Part shown: positions 57,192 through 64,000 of the stretch, in pieces
Position numbering within the stretch: the stretch's first letter is position 1
Layout of the letters: every line of letters starts with the position of its first letter
Source of the DNA: Dehalococcoidia bacterium
Lineage (GTDB): Bacteria > Chloroflexota > Dehalococcoidia > SM23-28-2 > RBG-16-64-32
Assembly (NCBI GenBank): GCA_041481535.1
Contig: JBGPBZ010000001.1
Span: forward strand, 1,065 to 65,064
Length of the DNA stretch: 64,000 nucleotides
Direction of reading: 5' to 3'
The notes under the pieces: generated by a model
What the model was told of the DNA's origin: nothing
Seen by the model: only the letters and a program-made list of their open reading frames with translations
Database searches by the model: none
Made by a program: the position numbers and the translations under genes

Positions 57192-58256
57192 TTGCCCGCA
57201 AACCCGCTTAATGCCCTGCTTGGGCTATTTTCGCATGACGTCGCAATAGACCTCGGAACCGCAAACACCCTCGTCATGGTGCGTGGCCGCGGCATCGTTA
57301 TCGACGAGCCGTCAGTCGTCGCCATCGACCGGATCAACAAGAAAATCCTGGCGATCGGCTCAGAGGCCAAGCGCATGGTCGGCCGCACCCCCGCGGACAT
57401 CGTCGCTGTGAGGCCCCTGCGGGACGGCGTCATCTCCGATTTCTCGGTTACCGAGAAGATGCTGCAGTACTTCATTCGCTCCGTGCACGATCACTTCGGG
57501 CTGGGACTGCCACGCCCGAGGGTGTCGATCGGCATCCCCTCTGGGGTGACGGAAGTCGAGAAGCGCGCTGTACACGACGCCGCCCTCAACGCCGGAGCGC
57601 GGGCGGCCTACCTCGTCGAAGAGCCGATGGCGGCTGCGATCGGCGCCGGCCTGCCGGTCATGGAGCCGGGCGGTTGCATGATCGTCGACATCGGCGGCGG
57701 GACGACGGAGGTCGCCGTCATTTCGATGGGTGGCATCGTCGTCGCCACGTCGATCCGCACGGCCGGTGACGAGATGGACCAGGACATCATCTCCTACGCG
57801 CGCCAGGTGCATAACATGCTGATCGGCGAGCGCACAGCGGAAGACATCAAGATCGAAGCAGGCTCGGCTTTCGCGCTCGACCGCGAGCTGACGATCGAGA
57901 TCAGAGGCCGCGACCTGGCGACGGGTCTGCCGAAGTCGGTCGAGGTGAGCAGCATCGAGATTCGCGACGCGCTGGCCGGATCGATCAACGCCATCGTCGA
58001 CTCTGTCCGGCAGACGATTGAGATAACGCCCCCCGAGCTCGTGGCCGACATCATGAGCACCGGGATCATCCTCGCCGGCGGCGGCGCCCTCGTGCGCGGC
58101 CTGGACCGGCGACTGGCACAAGACACGCGATTCCCTGTTTACGTTGCGGAAGACGCGCTGACGTGCGTTGTCCGCGGGGCGGCGGAAGTCCTGGAGGAAG
58201 CGGCGATCCTGCAGAAGCTGCAGGCGCGCCTGAACACACGAAAGGCGCCCAGGTAG
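57192..58256 (+). CDS. mreB: Rod shape-determining protein MreB
   Basis: Actin-like ATPase motifs (IDLGTANT, DIGGGTTE). The TTG start is preceded by GGAGG with a 5-nt spacer. Confidence 0.85.
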   Translation: MPANPLNALLGLFSHDVAIDLGTANTLVMVRGRGIVIDEPSVVAIDRINKKILAIGSEAKRMVGRTPADIVAVRPLRDGVISDFSVTEKMLQYFIRSVHDHFGLGLPRPRVSIGIPSGVTEVEKRAVHDAALNAGARAAYLVEEPMAAAIGAGLPVMEPGGCMIVDIGGGTTEVAVISMGGIVVATSIRTAGDEMDQDIISYARQVHNMLIGERTAEDIKIEAGSAFALDRELTIEIRGRDLATGLPKSVEVSSIEIRDALAGSINAIVDSVRQTIEITPPELVADIMSTGIILAGGGALVRGLDRRLAQDTRFPVYVAEDALTCVVRGAAEVLEEAAILQKLQARLNTRKAPR

Positions 58257-58307
58257 CGGACTGCAGGGCCCCCGTCAGCCGGCGGGCTGACGCAAGAAGC
58301 CTATTGA

Positions 58308-59234
58308 ATGCGACTGATCTGGTGGCTGGCAACGGTTGTGGCGGTGAGCCTTGTCAGCATTTTCTTATCTCAGCATCACGCGACTGACCCAGCACACAAC
58401 TTAACGCTCACCATTAGCGCCCCATTCGAAGACTTGCTGTACGACGCCGTCCACCCGATCGACAACATCTACGAGGGCATCGCCGACCGCGGCAACCTCG
58501 TCCGGCAGAACGAGGACCTGCGCGCACAAGTCGAGAAGCTGCAGGCGGAATTGGCGTCGCGCGAGGACAACGCGCAGCGCATCGCGGCGCTGGAAGATGC
58601 GCTCGGCGTCAAGACCAATCGCCCGGACGACAAGCTCCTCGCGGCGAACGTTGTCGCGCAGGACCCGTCCGGACAGAAGCGCCTGATCGCAATCGACCGT
58701 GGCACCGGCGACGGCGTCGAAGAGGGAATGGTAATTCTCTCTCGCAGCGGCAGCCTCGTCGGCACCGTCGCGACCGTCTACAAAGACTACGCGTGGGTGC
58801 GCTTGATCACGGATCCCGACAGCGCCGTGAACGCCCAAGTCGACGTGAGCCCGGCGGAGTCCGGCACCAACACCGGCGTGCTTACCGGCCCGTCCGCAAC
58901 TCCCGGCGCAGCGGCGACGCCATCACCCACACCCGGGCCCGGCTTCCACGAATCGACTTCTGTGCGAGGTGTGGCGGACGGCGACCTGCGACAGGGCATC
59001 ATCCTCGACCTGCTCCCGCCGGACGCGAACATACCGAAAGACACGCTGGTACTGACGTCCGGGCTCGGTGGCAACTACCCGCCGGGCATCTTGATCGGCA
59101 GCATCAAGGATATCGAGCAACGCCCGCAGGCAGCGTTCAAGAAAGCCACCCTGGAGCCGGCCACGCAGCTCTCCTCGCTGGAGACGGTGCTCGTGCTGGT
59201 CAGCTTCAAGCCGGCGCGGTTGGAGACGCCGTGA
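58308..59234 (+). CDS. mreC: Rod shape-determining protein MreC
   Basis: An N-terminal TM helix and a coiled-coil (LRAQVEKLQAELASRED) precede the beta-domain. The Pro/Ala/Thr-rich linker is typical of high-GC MreC. Confidence 0.8.
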   Translation: MRLIWWLATVVAVSLVSIFLSQHHATDPAHNLTLTISAPFEDLLYDAVHPIDNIYEGIADRGNLVRQNEDLRAQVEKLQAELASREDNAQRIAALEDALGVKTNRPDDKLLAANVVAQDPSGQKRLIAIDRGTGDGVEEGMVILSRSGSLVGTVATVYKDYAWVRLITDPDSAVNAQVDVSPAESGTNTGVLTGPSATPGAAATPSPTPGPGFHESTSVRGVADGDLRQGIILDLLPPDANIPKDTLVLTSGLGGNYPPGILIGSIKDIEQRPQAAFKKATLEPATQLSSLETVLVLVSFKPARLETP

Positions 59235-59752
59235 GGTACGCTGCTGCTTTCCTGGTCGCCTGGCTGCTGGCTGTCGCCAACGTCTCGGCGTTCAGCTACA
59301 TCAAGGTGCTGGGCGTGACGCCGGACTTCGTGCTAATCTTCGCCGCTTGCTGGGCCGTCATCCGCGGCGAACCGGAGGCGCTGATCGTCGTGCCATTTGC
59401 GGGCATGATGCGCGACCTGCTTTCGAGCGATCCGCTGGGCACATCGATTCTCGCCTTCGCGCCGATCGTAGTGTTCGCATCGGTCGCGCGGATCCAGGTG
59501 ATCGACTCGGACTTCCCACCGACCGTCGCAGTCGTGGCGGCCGGGTCGCTGGCGTTCGGGATCATCCAGACGCTTGTGCTCGGTGCAACAGGCCAGCATA
59601 TCGAAATCTGGCAAGTGTTCTTGCGCGTGATCGTGCCGGGCGTCATCGTCAACGCACTGTTCACACCGATCGTTTATCTTCCGGTCCGCTGGTTAAACCC
59701 CCGCTTCACGGGCCTCCGAGGCTCGCGCGGGTTGGCGTCGCCGTATAGCTGA
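59231..59752 (+). CDS. mreD: Rod shape-determining protein MreD
   Basis: A 173-aa polytopic membrane protein. The GTG start overlaps the mreC stop. Confidence 0.65.
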   Translation: MRYAAAFLVAWLLAVANVSAFSYIKVLGVTPDFVLIFAACWAVIRGEPEALIVVPFAGMMRDLLSSDPLGTSILAFAPIVVFASVARIQVIDSDFPPTVAVVAAGSLAFGIIQTLVLGATGQHIEIWQVFLRVIVPGVIVNALFTPIVYLPVRWLNPRFTGLRGSRGLASPYS

Positions 59753-61941
59753 TGTCGGGTCGCATGAAGGGCCCGTTCGAGGGCCGCCGCCGCTGGAAGT
59801 CCAAGGAGCCGAAGAGAGAACGGCCGGCCGGCGCGCGCGTCGTCACAATGGCGGCGGTGCTGCGCTCACTGATCCTGCTGATGTTCGGCATCCTTGTGAT
59901 CCAGCTGATCAACCTGCAGGTGATCCACGGCGCCAGCTACAAAGAACAGTCTGCGATCAACGCCGTGCGCGAGGTGCCGATCCCGGCGGCGCGCGGGCTC
60001 ATCTACGATCGCAACGGCAAGCCCGTCGTCGAGAATGCGGCGCGCTTTTCGGTGACGATCACGCCGAGCGACCTGCCGGACGCCGGCGGGGCGGCTGTCT
60101 ACGCTCAGCTCTCGGGCGTCATCGGCATGCCTGTGAGCGACATCCAGGCGACGGTCCAGCAGAACATCAAGGACCAGGGCGACTTCAGCCCTGCTCTGAT
60201 CAAGACTGACCTCGACCGCGACACTGCGCTCGTCCTGATGGAGCTGGAGCCGCACGCGCCGGGGATGAAGGTCCAGGTCGATCCGGCGCGCCGCTACCTC
60301 ACCGGTGACCAGCTGTCGCACGTCCTCGGCTACGTCGGGCCGATCTCCGCCGAGCAGTACGCGGAGCTCAGCGACCAGGGCTACGGCTACAACGATTTCG
60401 TCGGCCAGACGGGCGTGGAGTCAACGTACGAAGCGAAGCTGCGCGGCAAGTCCGGCGCCAAGCTCGTCGAGGTGGACGCGGCGGGACGAGAGCTCCGCAC
60501 GATCTCCGAACGGCCGCCGATCGACGGGGCGAACGTCGTGCTCAGCCTCGATCTGGACCTGCAACAGCAGGTGACGAATATCCTCAAGCAATACTCGCAG
60601 AACTCCGAGAACGCGGCGGCAGCCGTGATGGACGTCCACACCGGAGAGATCCTCTCGCTCGTTTCCCTGCCGAGCTACGACGCGAACGTCTTCTCCGGCA
60701 AGCTCTCGCAGGCGCAGCTCGACGACCTGATCAACGCGCCGGGCAAGCCGCTCGTCGACCACGCGATCGGCGAGCAGTACCCGCCCGGCTCAACGTTCAA
60801 GACGATCGTAGGCTCAGCGGCGCTGCAAGAAGGCATCGCCGGGCCGACGACGACGATTACGAGCCGCGGCTACATCACGATCGAGAACGAGTTCGACCCG
60901 AACGTCGTTTACGTCTACCCGGACTGGGCGCCCCTCGGCACGCTGGACTTCTACGGTGGCGTCGCAATGTCCTCCGACGTCTATTTCTACTACCTGGCCG
61001 GCGGCTTCGCGGACGACGGCTTCCGTGGGCTCGGTCAGGAGAAGATCGCGGAGTATGCGCGGGACTTTGGCCTCGGCTCGCCGACGGGCATCGACATTCC
61101 TGGTGAGGCGTCCGGCCTCGTCCCCGACTCGAAGTGGAAACAGGACAACATCGGCGAGCCCTGGGTACTGGGCGACACGTACAACTACGGCATCGGTCAG
61201 GGGTACGTCTCCGCAACGCCGATGCAGATGCTCGACGCGGTGACGGCGATCGCGAACGGCGGCCAGCTGGTCACGCCGCACGTCGTCAAGGAGTACCGCG
61301 ACTCAATGGGCAACATATACGACCCGCTGGCGACGCAGGTCCGCAGCCGGCTCCCGGTTGAGCCGGGCTACTTGCAGATCATGCGCGACGCGATGCGCCA
61401 GTCGGTGACGGCGGGCGTCGCGCGCAACGCCGCGAGCAGCGCTGTCGCCGTCACGGGCAAGACAGGCACTGCGGAGTTCGGAGATCAGCACGCCGACGGG
61501 ACGTATGACACGCACGGATGGTTCGTCGGTTTCGCGCCGTCGGACGACCCGCAGATCGCGGTGATGGTGTTCGTGCAGCACGGCTCCGGCGGCAACGATG
61601 CGTCACCGGCTGCGGCGCAGATCTTCAACTACTACTTCGGCCACGAGACGCCGTCTGCGCCCGGCGAGGCAACCGCCGCTCCCGCACCAACGGAGGAGCC
61701 GAGCACGGGCGAGCCCGCACAGACGCCGTTCGTGATCCCGACGCCGCTGGGCGGTGACTTCGTGCCGAACCCGGCGCCGATCATCACGGACGCGCCGCCG
61801 GCCGCAACGCCTGCGCCCACGGACACACCGGAGCCGGTCCCAACGGCCACGGCCGAACCTCCGCCCGACACGCCAACACCAGGAGCGATCCCCAGCCCCG
61901 TCGCGGAACGGCTGTACAGACGGCTGGAGGGCCCGCTGTGA
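59752..61941 (+). CDS. mrdA: Penicillin-binding protein 2 (peptidoglycan D,D-transpeptidase) with a Pro/Thr-rich C-terminal tail
   Basis: The PBP dimerisation domain is followed by the transpeptidase motifs STFK (PPGSTFK), SSD and KTGT (GKTGTAEF). Confidence 0.85.
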   Translation: MSGRMKGPFEGRRRWKSKEPKRERPAGARVVTMAAVLRSLILLMFGILVIQLINLQVIHGASYKEQSAINAVREVPIPAARGLIYDRNGKPVVENAARFSVTITPSDLPDAGGAAVYAQLSGVIGMPVSDIQATVQQNIKDQGDFSPALIKTDLDRDTALVLMELEPHAPGMKVQVDPARRYLTGDQLSHVLGYVGPISAEQYAELSDQGYGYNDFVGQTGVESTYEAKLRGKSGAKLVEVDAAGRELRTISERPPIDGANVVLSLDLDLQQQVTNILKQYSQNSENAAAAVMDVHTGEILSLVSLPSYDANVFSGKLSQAQLDDLINAPGKPLVDHAIGEQYPPGSTFKTIVGSAALQEGIAGPTTTITSRGYITIENEFDPNVVYVYPDWAPLGTLDFYGGVAMSSDVYFYYLAGGFADDGFRGLGQEKIAEYARDFGLGSPTGIDIPGEASGLVPDSKWKQDNIGEPWVLGDTYNYGIGQGYVSATPMQMLDAVTAIANGGQLVTPHVVKEYRDSMGNIYDPLATQVRSRLPVEPGYLQIMRDAMRQSVTAGVARNAASSAVAVTGKTGTAEFGDQHADGTYDTHGWFVGFAPSDDPQIAVMVFVQHGSGGNDASPAAAQIFNYYFGHETPSAPGEATAAPAPTEEPSTGEPAQTPFVIPTPLGGDFVPNPAPIITDAPPAATPAPTDTPEPVPTATAEPPPDTPTPGAIPSPVAERLYRRLEGPL

Positions 61942-63056
61942 TCGGCATCGACAGCAGGGCCGTCCGCCACTTCGACCCCGTGATGGTGCTGCTTGCCTGC
62001 GCGCTCGTGGCGTTTGGCGGGCTGCTCATCTACAGCGCGTCGCTGAGCAGCTCCGCAGGCGTTACCGTCGGTCATCCGCTCGTCAAGCAGCTGGCGTTCG
62101 CGCTGCTGGGACTCTGCGCGATGGCGGCCGTCGCCTGGACGGACTACCGGGTGTACGGCCATATGGCGACGGGCTTGTACGTGTTTGCGGTGATGATGCT
62201 CGTGGGCGTTCTCTTTGTCGGCAACTCAGCGTATGGCTCGACGCGCTGGTTCAACGTCGCGGGACAACAGGTGCAAGCATCTGAGATCGCGAAGATCCTG
62301 GTGATCATCGCGCTCGCCCGTTATCTCGCCGATCGGCACAACAAGATGGCCGACCCGCGCGTCTTCCTCATCTCGCTCGCGATGACGGCGGTGCCGGCGG
62401 CGCTCGTCCTGGTCGAGCCGGACATGGGGACGGCGCTCGTCTTCTTCGCGGTCTGGTTGGGCATGGTGGCGATGGCCGGCTCGCCGACAAAGCACATCAT
62501 GGTGCTCCTCGGGTCGATCCTCGCGATCGCGCCGTTCGCAGCGTTGCTCGTGCTCAACGACTATCAGCTCGAGCGGTTCAAGCTGTGGATCAACCCGAAC
62601 CAGGACCCGCTGGGCGGCGGCTTCAACATCATCCAGGCGAAGATCGGCATCGGCTCGGGCGGGCTGTTTGGCAAAGGGTTGACTCACGGCAGCCAGACGC
62701 AGCTCGACTTCCTGCAGACTTCGACGACGGACTACATCTTTACGGTGCTCGGCGAAGAGCTGGGATTGCTCGGCGCGATCGTGCTGTTCGCGCTGTTCAC
62801 GGCGCTGCTCTTCCGCGGCATCCGCGCCGCGACCCTATCGCGCGACCAGTTCGGGCGCCTGATCGCGACGGGGATCGTGATCATGATCCTCTTCCAGGTG
62901 TTCATCAACGTCGCCGTCAACATCCAGTTGGTGCCGGTGACAGGCATCCCGCTACCGTTTATCAGCCAGGGCGGCAGCTCGCTGATCATGATGTTCATCG
63001 CGCTCGGCCTGCTGGAGGGCATCGTCCTCCGGCACAAAAGGCTCGAGTTCCAGTAG
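61938..63056 (+). CDS. rodA: Peptidoglycan glycosyltransferase RodA (SEDS family)
   Basis: Ten TM helices and SEDS motifs (GDLGTALV-like PDMGTALVFF, SQGGSSL). Confidence 0.85.
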   Translation: MIGIDSRAVRHFDPVMVLLACALVAFGGLLIYSASLSSSAGVTVGHPLVKQLAFALLGLCAMAAVAWTDYRVYGHMATGLYVFAVMMLVGVLFVGNSAYGSTRWFNVAGQQVQASEIAKILVIIALARYLADRHNKMADPRVFLISLAMTAVPAALVLVEPDMGTALVFFAVWLGMVAMAGSPTKHIMVLLGSILAIAPFAALLVLNDYQLERFKLWINPNQDPLGGGFNIIQAKIGIGSGGLFGKGLTHGSQTQLDFLQTSTTDYIFTVLGEELGLLGAIVLFALFTALLFRGIRAATLSRDQFGRLIATGIVIMILFQVFINVAVNIQLVPVTGIPLPFISQGGSSLIMMFIALGLLEGIVLRHKRLEFQ

Positions 63057-63061
63057 CTGCG

Positions 63062-64000
63062 CTAGTTCGAGGCGCCGGCGTCCGGGGGCGTCACGTAACC
63101 CTTCAGTCGATAAACGTCGGCGAACTGGACGCGGCCGACGTAGTCGTATTCGCCGGCGAGGAACTGCTGCCATTCGGCCGGGTGTGCGGTGGCCCAGTCC
63201 TCAAACAGCGGAGCCTGCAGCGAATCGACTATGTAAACGGGCCGAGTCGTCTCGAGATCCGCGATGATCTCGCCCATCGGCGCTGCGTCGTACTTCAGCA
63301 CCCAGTCGTAGAAGAACGGGATCGCGGGCTGGCGGTCGGCGTAGAAGTAGACCTGCGGCTCAAGCCCGTAGTTGAAGATGACGTCGTTCGGGCCCGTCCG
63401 AGCTTTCACGTAATCGCCGACGTCTTCGCTGTACTGCTCCCACTGCTTTTGCGTGAACCAATTGGAGGCGACCTGCTCCTCCGCCTTGCCCGGAAGCACG
63501 ACGAGAACGCTGCTCATCCCAACAGAGACAGCGATGAGCGAGAGTGAGGCGATCCAGGCCGGCTTGCTTATCGTGTGGTCGCGACCGTTGAGAAAGCGGT
63601 CGTAGATGACGATGGCGGTGAGGACGGCCAGCGCCGGCAGCAGCTGCAGGAAGTAGTGTGGGAAGAAGCGCCCGCCCGAGGCCACGCCAATCGCAGACGC
63701 GAAGGCCCAGACGATGAGCACATAGTCCGCCACCGCGGCGTCAGCCCGCTTGCGCCAGACCACCCAGAGGCCGCCGAGCGCTCCCGCCACGAGCGGCGCC
63801 GCGATCGCGCAGAAGAAGAGCAGACCGTAGCCCATGTTGGTGAGACGCTCGGCCATCGAGAGGAAAGAGACGTAGACCAGGTTGTAGGAGAGGTTCGCGT
63901 AAAAGAACTCGCCGAGCGCGCCCGAAAGTGCAAAGGGCAGCGCGACGACGGCCGAGCTGACCGCGGCGCCTCCGAGCATCCAAACGGCGGGCGCAATCGC
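63062..64000 (-). CDS. GT-C / ArnT-PMT (glycosyltransferase family 39-like) membrane protein, C-terminal part (the gene continues past the window end)
   Basis: Multiple TM helices, then a periplasmic C-terminal domain. The ORF is open to the window edge. Confidence 0.55.
   Translation of the reverse strand, partial: AIAPAVWMLGGAAVSSAVVALPFALSGALGEFFYANLSYNLVYVSFLSMAERLTNMGYGLLFFCAIAAPLVAGALGGLWVVWRKRADAAVADYVLIVWAFASAIGVASGGRFFPHYFLQLLPALAVLTAIVIYDRFLNGRDHTISKPAWIASLSLIAVSVGMSSVLVVLPGKAEEQVASNWFTQKQWEQYSEDVGDYVKARTGPNDVIFNYGLEPQVYFYADRQPAIPFFYDWVLKYDAAPMGEIIADLETTRPVYIVDSLQAPLFEDWATAHPAEWQQFLAGEYDYVGRVQFADVYRLKGYVTPPDAGASN

Overview
This 64-kb window is high-GC (about 67%) chromosomal DNA, most likely from an Actinobacteria- or Chloroflexi-like organism. 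It is densely coding on both strands and carries no rRNA or tRNA genes, no CRISPR array, and no transposase or integrase.

The core housekeeping content is clear:
- fatty-acid, folate and galactose genes (fabF, folC, galE)
- polyamine genes (speH, speB)
- a split transketolase
- DNA replication and repair genes (holB, ligA, rnhB)
- ftsH, followed by the ribosomal protein genes rplU, rpmA and rpmE
- a histidine-biosynthesis cluster (hisH, hisA, hisF, hisI) interrupted by foreign genes
- the cell-shape cluster mreB, mreC, mreD, a PBP2 (penicillin-binding protein 2) gene and rodA

The accessory content is more unusual:
- A candidate c-di-GMP-I riboswitch lies in the leader of a GGDEF plus HD-GYP two-gene operon (c-di-GMP synthesis and breakdown).
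- The heat-shock operon dnaJ, hspR, clpB has two low-GC unknown genes spliced in with 4-bp overlaps, one of them a PLD-like (phospholipase D-like) protein.
- A minus-strand operon encodes a Cas4-like Fe-S PD-(D/E)XK nuclease, two FmdB zinc-ribbon paralogs, a translin-like protein and a lipoprotein, divergent from a PAP2 membrane protein and a radical-SAM/SPASM enzyme.
- Two tandem paralogous Cys-rich secreted proteins carry internal repeats and C-terminal anchors.
- Four toxin-antitoxin modules are present (phd/doc, vapBC, hicAB, and an orphan hicB).
- Two families of repeated intergenic elements occur.
- rplU appears to use an ATT start codon.
- Several genes look like frameshifted pseudogenes, and many genes appear to be leaderless.

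Coordinates come from manual reading together with the ORF track. Alternative start codons are a persistent source of uncertainty.
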